From: Candidatus Peregrinibacteria bacterium
GTDB lineage: Bacteria > Patescibacteriota > Gracilibacteria > UBA1369
Direction: 5' to 3'
DNA length: 64,000 bases
NCBI GenBank assembly: GCA_963708185.1
Contig: OY970195.1
Location: forward strand, 992,001 to 1,056,000
Shown here: positions 1 through 8,254 of the stretch, one piece after another
Position numbering within the stretch: position 1 is the first letter of the stretch
Layout of the letters: each line of letters begins with the position of its first letter
Position numbers and translations under genes: made by a program
Notes under the pieces: generated by a model
The model's input: only the letters and a program-made list of their open reading frames with translations
The model's database searches: none
What the model was told of the DNA's origin: nothing

Positions 1-948
1 TTCGAGAATAGTCTGGAGCGCGTTGGCGTGGATTTCGATGCCGGTCATCTGATCTTTTTTGCTCATCGGAGTGAGCTGGAAATCCTTGAAATATGATGAA
101 GTGGGACCTATGAGAACGATCTTGTCTTTGAAGAGTTTTTCGGGATCCGTTGAAGAGTAATTTTCATTATAAACGTCGACGAAAGGAATCGACGCGTAAG
201 ATTCCGTTCCCGGTTGCGTGGCATAGTTCACGTACATTTGTCCTTCCTGAAGCGGAATATTCACCGTGTTTCCGTTTTGTAGTTTGATCTGGTATTGGGT
301 CGGAGACACCAAAGGAGTTGAAGGCTTATTTTGGGCGTTGAGTGCAATTCTGGCTATCGTTAAAGCAAAGCTTTCATAATAGGTTCCGTCGGGATTTACA
401 AGAATCGGCAAAATTTTCCTGATGGCGTTATCCGCATCAGGGATAACCTTAGCCATACTGATTTTGATGTTTTCAAGTTGATTGAAAAGATCGAGTGGCA
501 GTTCAAACGGAAAAATATTCGGATCCTGGATGTAGTACCCTCTTTGGTCGTAGCTGGTGGATGATCCCCAGTAAATAATGACTGGATTTTTGGTATTCTG
601 GAGGGCTTCTTTGAACTGTTCATCTTTTTGTTGATCTTTGGCTGACTTGAAAAAGAAGTCGAACGCCACGACTTTCGGATTATATTTATCAATATTGTTG
701 AGTACCTTAGCAAAATTATCGCGCTGCCAGTTCTCGTAGGAACCGAGGCCTGTGCTGTCGCTTAATGATTTATCGTCGATGGTCACAACTGTTATATCGC
801 TGCTCGGAGACCTTTGGCTATACAGCAAGTCTCCCAACCGCAACTGCCATGCAGCGAGCACATTAGTATATGCGAGAATTAACGTTACGATTGCCGCAGT
901 GGTTCCAAAAATGAGGGCAAACGCCTTTTTATTTTTGAGAAATTTCAT
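1..948 (-). CDS. CHASE2-domain sensor protein, N-terminal part (runs off the window; often fused to an adenylate/guanylate cyclase)
   Basis: Not in the ORF track because it is truncated. Manual translation from ATG 948: MKFLKNKKAFALIFGTTAAIVTL (TM) ... ITVVTIDDKSL ... KVVAFDFFF ... FKDKIVLIG ... MTGIEIHANALQTILE, which are CHASE2 motifs. Confidence 0.8.
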   Translation of the reverse strand, partial: MKFLKNKKAFALIFGTTAAIVTLILAYTNVLAAWQLRLGDLLYSQRSPSSDITVVTIDDKSLSDSTGLGSYENWQRDNFAKVLNNIDKYNPKVVAFDFFFKSAKDQQKDEQFKEALQNTKNPVIIYWGSSTSYDQRGYYIQDPNIFPFELPLDLFNQLENIKISMAKVIPDADNAIRKILPILVNPDGTYYESFALTIARIALNAQNKPSTPLVSPTQYQIKLQNGNTVNIPLQEGQMYVNYATQPGTESYASIPFVDVYNENYSSTDPEKLFKDKIVLIGPTSSYFKDFQLTPMSKKDQMTGIEIHANALQTILE

Positions 949-1011
949 ACAACGCAAAAAGTGCTTTTATCCGTTTATTATAGCACTTTTCAGGGTTTTC
1001 TTCCAGTTCTT

Positions 1012-2757
1012 TTAAGCCTTTTTTCTGCTTTTTCGGCGGGTAATCACCGCACCAAGTCCGGCCGCCATTAACAGCAGAGCCATATTGTTTGCCGTATGAT
1101 CCTGGACTTCCGTACAGGAACAGCCCGGGTCCTGCACTGGCGGAACGGTTTTGAATTTCTTGGGATCGTCAGCGACTTCTCCGGTGCTCAATTCACGATA
1201 CATCGTTACACCAGCTGGAATAAGCCCTTTTTCACTTGAACCGGGAGCTGTGAAATCTACCGGATTGCAGTTATTCACTGTGGCATTTGTTGGTGTACAG
1301 TTTTGATCATAGGCGCGTTGTGCGCCTTCAACGGTTGTATAAGCAACAATGTCGAACTGTCCTTTCGCTTTGTTGGGGTTAAGAGAATCTGGGTAGGTAA
1401 CTGTTGTGTGTGTTCCTTCAAAGCCAAGGGTTATACCACTTTCATTACTGATAATTTTATCGGCTTCTGTTGGCGGTTCACTGTCTTCATGGGCCAGGCC
1501 GATTGAGACCTCAGACATATTTGGCTCAGAAAAATTGAAACTGCCCTGACCCTCGGTAAAGTTGAAGGTTTTATTGCCGATCTGGACGGTTGCCGGTCCT
1601 TGCACCTGGGCATTGAGCTGGGTATCCGAACAGTCTTTGATCGTGATGTTTTCCGGATTATTGGTTACTTGGGCAAAGCAACCCGGAGCGCCACCGTCAC
1701 CGCCGGCGCCACCGTCAGAGCCACCACCTCCGTCGGTTCCCGCGTCTCCACCTGCGCCATCCGTTCCTGCATCGGTAGTGCCTGTTTTCATCGTCGCCCA
1801 TTTGATTGTGCCGTTGTCTCCATACCACAGGTCTCCGGAGCTATCTTTGAATAATGTTCCCTGGGTGTTCGCGTCATTCACTGTGGCGCTTCCTGAAATT
1901 GCATTCAGGTTCGTCACTCCGCCTGAACAGTTTGTTCCGTTCCAGCCTCCGTTATAGACCATTAAATCCAGACTCCCCAATGTTCCTGTTCGGTCTGAAC
2001 CTACATAAAAATCGTTCGTGTCTACGAAAATTCCATAGGTATCTTTCGTCAAATCGCTGCAGCTTGTTAATTCGCTCCATGTCCATGTCCCGATCACCGC
2101 TGTGTGGATTCTCTTATTGCTGCTTGAGATATCCGAACTTGCATAAATGTTCGTTCCTCCACTGTCGCATGCCACATTGTTCACGTTCGCTCCATCGTCA
2201 TTTAATGTCCCGGGCACTGCTGCTAAACCGCTCACCACTCCACCTGACCATGTTCCTTCGTACAACTTACTGGAGAGACCATCTCTTTCAGATACTACAT
2301 AGGCTTTCCCTCCACACACTTTGAAATCAAATTCATTAAAACCTGAATTTGCTCCAGATACCGGGGTCAACGTTGGGCTGTTCCATGTCGCCCCTCCGTC
2401 CGATGAACCTATTTTTTTTATGTCCCCACTTTCAACTATGTACAACGTGATATTTGGTCCAGATCTTTCTACATAGGCTATGTTTGCATTTACACCCAAA
2501 CTCGGTACCGTCGGGGAATTCCACCCGCTCGCTAACGCTTCACTCGTTTGTCCAAGACGTTCCTGTCCGTTGCCCGACTCGCAACCCTGGAGGGCTGGAG
2601 GCAATAATGCCCCAAACGTCACTCCTCCGGCCAACAATAAAGCATTGCGGATGGCTTTGCGTCCTGCAAACGGTTGTAAAATATTTTGACGATCAGATTT
2701 TTGGGTACGGGATACTTCTTTGTTCTCCGGGCTCCCGCTGAGTCGGTCTTTTGCCAT
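1012..2757 (-). CDS. Surface lipoprotein with a beta-rich N-domain, Gly/Asp linker and MYXO-CTERM-like C-terminal anchor (paralog 1)
   Basis: Lipobox LQGC; linker GTDAGTDGAGGDAG; C-terminus PGCSCTEV...MALLLMAAGLGAVITRRKSRKKA. Start moved to MAKDRL (2757) by alignment with paralog 3. Confidence 0.8.
   Translation of the reverse strand: MAKDRLSGSPENKEVSRTQKSDRQNILQPFAGRKAIRNALLLAGGVTFGALLPPALQGCESGNGQERLGQTSEALASGWNSPTVPSLGVNANIAYVERSGPNITLYIVESGDIKKIGSSDGGATWNSPTLTPVSGANSGFNEFDFKVCGGKAYVVSERDGLSSKLYEGTWSGGVVSGLAAVPGTLNDDGANVNNVACDSGGTNIYASSDISSSNKRIHTAVIGTWTWSELTSCSDLTKDTYGIFVDTNDFYVGSDRTGTLGSLDLMVYNGGWNGTNCSGGVTNLNAISGSATVNDANTQGTLFKDSSGDLWYGDNGTIKWATMKTGTTDAGTDGAGGDAGTDGGGGSDGGAGGDGGAPGCFAQVTNNPENITIKDCSDTQLNAQVQGPATVQIGNKTFNFTEGQGSFNFSEPNMSEVSIGLAHEDSEPPTEADKIISNESGITLGFEGTHTTVTYPDSLNPNKAKGQFDIVAYTTVEGAQRAYDQNCTPTNATVNNCNPVDFTAPGSSEKGLIPAGVTMYRELSTGEVADDPKKFKTVPPVQDPGCSCTEVQDHTANNMALLLMAAGLGAVITRRKSRKKA
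1782..2575. repeat. Near-identical direct repeat of about 5704-6497 (offset 3922); the 1782-2088 part also recurs at 3659-3965
   Basis: Direct sequence comparison; the N-domains of paralogs 1 and 3 are essentially identical at DNA level. Confidence 0.85.
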
Positions 2758-3095
2758 AAGGGGAAAGGTAAAAGAAGTGGTGTCCATCTTGTTTAATCCT
2801 TTTTGCGGCGGCGCATTACAGACGCAAGGCCGAGCGCCAAGAGGATGAAACTCAAATTGTTGCGGGTTGAACCAACGTGATCGGAAACCGAGCATCCTCC
2901 GCCGTTATCCGTGTTACTTTGGACGGGGGGAAGGGTGTTGAATTTGCTTGGATCATCGGCAAGTTTGCCGGTGGCAAGTTCACGGTACATCGTGGTTCCG
3001 GCAGGAATCTCGCCTTTTTCAGATGAACTCTGAGCCGTGAAATCTACGGGAGTACAGTTCGCCACTGAGTTATTCTCCGGTTTGCAGGTGTTGTC
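2580..3095. repeat. Identical direct repeat of 4472-4987 (offset 1892), spanning a gene end, the intergenic spacer and the next gene start
   Basis: Direct sequence comparison from cgcaaccctggagggc to gcaggtgttgtc. Confidence 0.85.
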
Positions 3096-4649
3096 ATAGG
3101 CCCGCTGTGCGCCTTCAACGGTGGTATAGGCTACCACTGCAAAGTTTCCGCTGGCTTTGTCGGGATTGAGGTTGTCGGGATAGGTGACCGATGTTTTCGT
3201 CCCTTCGTACCCTAGCCATAGACCGTGCTGGTTATCGATAATTTTATCCGATTCAGAGGTAGGTTCACTCCCTTCGTAGGCGACTCCTGTTGAAAACTGA
3301 ACAAAGTTTGGTTCAGCGAAACCAAATGTTCCGCTTCCTTCGGTGACTTTGAAAACCTTATTGCCAATGGCAATGGTCGTTGGAGCGCTCACATGTGCAC
3401 TGACCGTTGTTGCGTTGCAGCTATCAATATTGAAATTTTCAGGATGATCAGTCGCTTTGGCAAAACAGTCGACGGGTTTTCCGGCGTCCATGCCGCCCGT
3501 GCCGGCATCTGAGCCACCCATTCCTGCGTCACTGCCTCCCATGCCTGCATCGCTTCCGCCTGCTCCCGCATCTGTTCCACCTTGGCCTCCAGCGTCTGAA
3601 CCGCCGATACCTCCATCTGCGCCGCCTGTTCCGCTATCGGTACCGCCATCAGGCATACCTGTTTTCATCGTTGCCCATTTGATCGTGCCGTTGTCTCCAT
3701 ACCACAGGTCTCCGGAGCTATCTTTGAATAATGTTCCCTGGGTGTTCGCGTCATTCACTGTGGCGCTTCCTGAAATTGCATTCAGGTTCGTCACTCCGCC
3801 TGAACAGTTTGTTCCGTTCCAGCCTCCGTTATAGACCATTAAATCCAGACTCCCCAATGTTCCTGTTCGGTCTGAACCTACATAAAAATCGTTCGTGTCT
3901 ACGAAAATTCCATAGGTATCTTTCGTCAAATCGCTGCAGCTTGTTAATTCGCTCCATGTCCATGTTCCAATATCAGCTGTGCGAATTCGATAGTTCGAAG
4001 TTACAGCATTTGACGTTGCGTACATTTTTGTTCCACTGCTGTCGCATGCGATATTATTCACATTCGAAAAATCATCATTCAATGCTCCAGGAACTGCAGC
4101 CAATCCACTCACAACTCCCCCTGACCATGTCCCTTCATAGAGCTTAAATGATAATCCGTCTTTTGCTGAAACAACGTATGCTTTCCCTCCGCACACTTTA
4201 AAATCTTCTTCATCTTGAACTGAATTGGCACCTGTTACTGGTGTCGGTGATGGGCTATTCCAATTTATTCCGTCCGTTGTTCCTACTTTCTTGATGTCAT
4301 AATTCCCTCCGGAATCGTTCACCACATAGAGCGTGATGTTTGATCCTGCTCTCTCCACATAGGCTATATTCGTATTCCCTGAAAGTCCCAAACTTGGCGT
4401 CGCCGGGGAATTCCACCCGCTCGCTAACGCTTCACTCGTTTGTCCAAGACGTTCCCACCCTTGCCCCGGTTCGCAACCCTGGAGGGCTGGAGGCAATAAT
4501 GCCCCAAACGTCACTCCTCCGGCCAACAATAAAGCATTGCGGATGGCTTTGCGTCCTGCAAACGGTTGTAAAATATTTTGACGATCAGATTTTTGGGTAC
4601 GGGATACTTCTTTGTTCTCCGGGCTCCCGCTGAGTCGGTCTTTTGCCAT
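2793..4649 (-). CDS. Surface lipoprotein with MYXO-CTERM-like anchor (paralog 2)
   Basis: Lipobox LQGC; GGSDAG repeats; C-terminus GGGCSVS...LSFILLALGLASVMRRRKKD. Start at MAKDRL (4649). Confidence 0.8.
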   Translation of the reverse strand: MAKDRLSGSPENKEVSRTQKSDRQNILQPFAGRKAIRNALLLAGGVTFGALLPPALQGCEPGQGWERLGQTSEALASGWNSPATPSLGLSGNTNIAYVERAGSNITLYVVNDSGGNYDIKKVGTTDGINWNSPSPTPVTGANSVQDEEDFKVCGGKAYVVSAKDGLSFKLYEGTWSGGVVSGLAAVPGALNDDFSNVNNIACDSSGTKMYATSNAVTSNYRIRTADIGTWTWSELTSCSDLTKDTYGIFVDTNDFYVGSDRTGTLGSLDLMVYNGGWNGTNCSGGVTNLNAISGSATVNDANTQGTLFKDSSGDLWYGDNGTIKWATMKTGMPDGGTDSGTGGADGGIGGSDAGGQGGTDAGAGGSDAGMGGSDAGMGGSDAGTGGMDAGKPVDCFAKATDHPENFNIDSCNATTVSAHVSAPTTIAIGNKVFKVTEGSGTFGFAEPNFVQFSTGVAYEGSEPTSESDKIIDNQHGLWLGYEGTKTSVTYPDNLNPDKASGNFAVVAYTTVEGAQRAYDNTCKPENNSVANCTPVDFTAQSSSEKGEIPAGTTMYRELATGKLADDPSKFNTLPPVQSNTDNGGGCSVSDHVGSTRNNLSFILLALGLASVMRRRKKD

Positions 4650-4684
4650 AAGGGGAAAGGTAAAAGAAGTGGTGTCCATCTTGT

Positions 4685-6697
4685 TTAATCCTTTTTGCGG
4701 CGGCGCATTACAGACGCAAGGCCGAGCGCCAAGAGGATGAAACTCAAATTGTTGCGGGTTGAACCAACGTGATCGGAAACCGAGCATCCTCCGCCGTTAT
4801 CCGTGTTACTTTGGACGGGGGGAAGGGTGTTGAATTTGCTTGGATCATCGGCAAGTTTGCCGGTGGCAAGTTCACGGTACATCGTGGTTCCGGCAGGAAT
4901 CTCGCCTTTTTCAGATGAACTCTGAGCCGTGAAATCTACGGGAGTACAGTTCGCCACTGAGTTATTCTCCGGTTTGCAGGTGTTGTCGTAAGCGCGTTGG
5001 GATCCTTCAACCGTGGTGTAGGCGACAACCGCAAAGTTGCCGCTGGCTTTGTCGGGATTGAGGGTGTCCGGATAGGTGACGGTTGTTTTGGTACCTTCAA
5101 AACCAAGTGTAATGCCATGTTCGTTACTGATAATTTTATCGGCTTCAGTTGGCGGTTCACTCGCTTGATAGGCAACGCCTGTTGAAAACTGCATCAGGTT
5201 TGGTTCAGCGAAACCAAATGTTCCGCTTCCTTCGGTGACGGTGAAAACCTTATTGCCAACAGCAATGGTTGTTGGAGCGGAAACATGGGCCGTCACGGTC
5301 ATTGCATCGCAGCTGTCTACCTGGAAATTTTCAGGATGATCAGTCGCTTTGGCAAAACAGTCGACGGGTTTTCCGGCGTCCATGCCGCCCGTGCCGGCAT
5401 CTGAGCCACCCATTCCTGCGTCACTGCCTCCCATGCCTGCATCGCTTCCGCCTGCTCCCGCATCTGTTCCACCCATTCCGGCGTCACTGCCTCCCATACC
5501 TGCATCGCTTCCGCCTGCTCCCGCATCTGTTCCACCTTGGCCTCCAGCGTCTGATCCACCGAGACCTCCATCCATTCCTCCCTGTCCTCCTGCATCTGAG
5601 CCGCCGAGTCCTCCGTCAGAGCCACCTTGGCCGCCAGCGTCCGAACCGCCGATACCTCCATCTGCGCCGCCTGTTCCGCTATCGGTACCGCCATCAGGCA
5701 TACCTGTTTTCATCGTTGCCCATTTGATCGTGCCGTTGTCTCCATACCACAGGTCTCCGGAGCTATCTTTGAATAATGTTCCCTGGGTGTTCGCGTCATT
5801 CACTGTGGCGCTTCCTGAAATTGCATTCAGGTTCGTCACTCCGCCTGAACAGTTTGTTCCGTTCCAGCCTCCGTTATAGACCATTAAATCCAGACTCCCC
5901 AATGTTCCTGTTCGGTCTGAACCTACATAAAAATCGTTCGTGTCTACGAAAATTCCATAGGTATCTTTCGTCAAATCGCTGCAGCTTGTTAATTCGCTCC
6001 ATGTCCATGTCCCGATCACCGCTGTGTGGATTCTCTTATTGCTGCTTGAGATATCCGAACTTGCATAAATGTTCGTTCCTCCACTGTCGCATGCCACATT
6101 GTTCACGTTCGCTCCATCGTCATTTAATGTCCCGGGCACTGCTGCTAAACCGCTCACCACTCCACCTGACCATGTTCCTTCGTACAACTTACTGGAGAGA
6201 CCATCTCTTTCAGATACTACATAGGCTTTCCCTCCACACACTTTGAAATCAAATTCATTAAAACCTGAATTTGCTCCAGATACCGGGGTCAACGTTGGGC
6301 TGTTCCATGTCGCCCCTCCGTCCGATGAACCTATTTTTTTTATGTCCCCACTTTCAACTATGTACAACGTGATATTTGGTCCAGATCTTTCTACATAGGC
6401 TATGTTTGCATTTACACCCAAACTCGGTACCGTCGGGGAATTCCACCCGCTCGCTAACGCTTCACTCGTTTGCCCAAGACGTTCCTGTCCGTTGCCACTT
6501 TCCGAACTACACCCTTGCAGCATGGCCAGTGTTCCCGTGGAACCGCTGAACAAGCCTAAACCTCCTGCTAAAAGTAAAGCATTTCTTATTCTGCCGCTGG
6601 TCGCTGTTTTGCCTTTTTCCAGAGCTTTTTGGGCTCGTACTGAACTTGAAGAAACTTCTTTGTTTTCTGATCCACCTTGAGGTCGATTAATCGCCAT
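4685..6697 (-). CDS. Surface lipoprotein with MYXO-CTERM-like anchor (paralog 3, longest linker)
   Basis: Lipobox MLQGC; expanded GGSDAG linker; same C-terminus as paralog 2. Confidence 0.8.
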   Translation of the reverse strand: MAINRPQGGSENKEVSSSSVRAQKALEKGKTATSGRIRNALLLAGGLGLFSGSTGTLAMLQGCSSESGNGQERLGQTSEALASGWNSPTVPSLGVNANIAYVERSGPNITLYIVESGDIKKIGSSDGGATWNSPTLTPVSGANSGFNEFDFKVCGGKAYVVSERDGLSSKLYEGTWSGGVVSGLAAVPGTLNDDGANVNNVACDSGGTNIYASSDISSSNKRIHTAVIGTWTWSELTSCSDLTKDTYGIFVDTNDFYVGSDRTGTLGSLDLMVYNGGWNGTNCSGGVTNLNAISGSATVNDANTQGTLFKDSSGDLWYGDNGTIKWATMKTGMPDGGTDSGTGGADGGIGGSDAGGQGGSDGGLGGSDAGGQGGMDGGLGGSDAGGQGGTDAGAGGSDAGMGGSDAGMGGTDAGAGGSDAGMGGSDAGMGGSDAGTGGMDAGKPVDCFAKATDHPENFQVDSCDAMTVTAHVSAPTTIAVGNKVFTVTEGSGTFGFAEPNLMQFSTGVAYQASEPPTEADKIISNEHGITLGFEGTKTTVTYPDTLNPDKASGNFAVVAYTTVEGSQRAYDNTCKPENNSVANCTPVDFTAQSSSEKGEIPAGTTMYRELATGKLADDPSKFNTLPPVQSNTDNGGGCSVSDHVGSTRNNLSFILLALGLASVMRRRKKD

Positions 6698-6723
6698 ACT
6701 TGATAAAATTAAAGAAGTATTGC

Positions 6724-6753
6724 ATTATATGCTTATACCTTTAATTTTGTCAA
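6724..6753 (-). promoter_or_regulatory. Consensus sigma70 promoter for the lipoprotein array
   Basis: Minus strand reads TTGACA-N18-TATAAT, 26 nt upstream of ATG 6697. Confidence 0.65.
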
Positions 6754-6781
6754 GGTTTTCCGAGTGAAAAACTAATGACAG

Positions 6782-8008
6782 TTATTGCTGAATAACGTAT
6801 TGGAGCAAGCCGGCTTCCTGGGGGTTTTTGACTTCAAGAACCTGCTTGAAAGTTCCGGAGTATCCTTCCGCGGTAATCGTTTGAGATGTATCAGTGGGTG
6901 CTGAAGGAAGCGTTGAATCCGTTATGATTTGGTATTCAAGATAAGGTATTTTGCCTGCGCCGTACTCATCGAGGCTGTGGATAGCCGAAAGCTTAAATAC
7001 CGGTTTTGTGATGCCCTGTGCGCTCCAATTTGGTGCAGGAGGACAGCCGAATGTTATGCTATCAACGTTCGTTAAAAATTTGATGATCGATCCTCTACAG
7101 TTTTGAAGATCTAATCCGAAACTAGATTGTGATACGACGCTAAAACCCGCCCCTTCAGCATTGTTAATCTTGCCCTCGTGGATGACTGATGTGTTTAAAT
7201 TCCAAGCTGGTGGAATTGCTACAGCGTTAAATGAAAAATACGGTCCCAATGCATAGTTCTTACTCCCATCCGATGATTCTCCCGTAATCTGCCAGGAAAC
7301 GATGGGGTCGTCATGATTATATTTCGGATCACCATTTGACGTGTCTAAATTCGGACGAGGGCTGCAGATAATATTCCCGTCTGTACATCCCGTTCTTACT
7401 CTTAAGGTAAAAGTCTGGCTTTGAGAGTTGAAAATGTTATGTGGGCCAGTTGCATCGGTATAGTAGAGCGGGATTGCGACGCTTTCGCCGACTTTGAGCT
7501 TGTTCCAGTTGCAGGGGTTGTCTTTTGGATCGGCGTATTGCACGGAGGTTCCGCCCGGGTCGGAGGAGTACACCAGTTTTGTATCGGGGTCGTACCAAAA
7601 AGGATCTTTTGTATCCGGATTGAGCGCGTCGCAGTTGGCGCCTATGTCGCCTGTTCCAGGTGTGGGGATGCCGTAACTGCCGTCCAAATATTTGGTGCTG
7701 ACCGGCACCTGTCCCGAAATGCTGTAGTTTGAGGTCGGCTGCTTGGTTGATACTGTGGTTGTGCCAACGGTGTAGCCCGCTCCCTGATTCTGATTGGCCA
7801 GAAGCCCTTCTTCGAGAGCTCCTTCCGCGGCATAATACGCCTGGTTGGCGCCGGTGACGTTGGCGGATTCACGGATCGAGGAGACCACGACCGTGGTCAC
7901 GCCCAAAGAGACCAGCACGATGATGGTGGTGAGTCCGAGCGCTACCAGCAGCGATGTTCCCGGCTTGGTTGAACGCGCAAATTTTCGGAGGAAATTTTTA
8001 TAAGGCAT
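6782..8008 (-). CDS. PilX-like minor pilin / pilus assembly protein
   Basis: G|TSLLVALGLTTIIVLV hydrophobic helix followed by QAYYAAEGALEEG, the PilX N-terminal motif. Confidence 0.7.
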   Translation of the reverse strand: MPYKNFLRKFARSTKPGTSLLVALGLTTIIVLVSLGVTTVVVSSIRESANVTGANQAYYAAEGALEEGLLANQNQGAGYTVGTTTVSTKQPTSNYSISGQVPVSTKYLDGSYGIPTPGTGDIGANCDALNPDTKDPFWYDPDTKLVYSSDPGGTSVQYADPKDNPCNWNKLKVGESVAIPLYYTDATGPHNIFNSQSQTFTLRVRTGCTDGNIICSPRPNLDTSNGDPKYNHDDPIVSWQITGESSDGSKNYALGPYFSFNAVAIPPAWNLNTSVIHEGKINNAEGAGFSVVSQSSFGLDLQNCRGSIIKFLTNVDSITFGCPPAPNWSAQGITKPVFKLSAIHSLDEYGAGKIPYLEYQIITDSTLPSAPTDTSQTITAEGYSGTFKQVLEVKNPQEAGLLQYVIQQ

Positions 8009-8141
8009 ATGTTTTTGATTTGGGGTTTGATTTGAGGCCTGCAGCTTGAGCTTTCTTGTTCTTCAGGCTTTTTTATATTTTACCATAATTATTTTTGGTT
8101 GTCTATACATTAGCTCAAAATAACTCCTTCCGCTTCCCTTA

Positions 8142-8210
8142 TTGAAGAACCCCGGGGTCAACAAAACTGGCGCTTTTTTCAGGCGTCTTTTCTGTGACCC
8201 CGGGTTCAAG
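8142..8210. terminator. Long imperfect inverted repeat, probable terminator of the M23/SLH gene
   Basis: gaaccccggggtcaacaaaa ... ttttctgtgaccccgggttc lies just downstream of the 8255-10612 gene. Confidence 0.45.
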
Positions 8211-8254
8211 GTTAAGACCCGCTGGCTCCCGTCACTGACATTCCTTGCGGATGG

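Noticed and set aside
2758-2895. N-terminal extensions MLGFRSRWF... given by the ORF track for paralogs 1 and 2
   Set aside because: They overlap the upstream gene's 3' end; alignment with paralog 3 supports MAKDRL starts (2757 and 4649).
1012-6697. Diversity-generating retroelement TR/VR pairs
   Set aside because: No reverse transcriptase is in the window, and the differences between copies are block-wise rather than adenine-specific.
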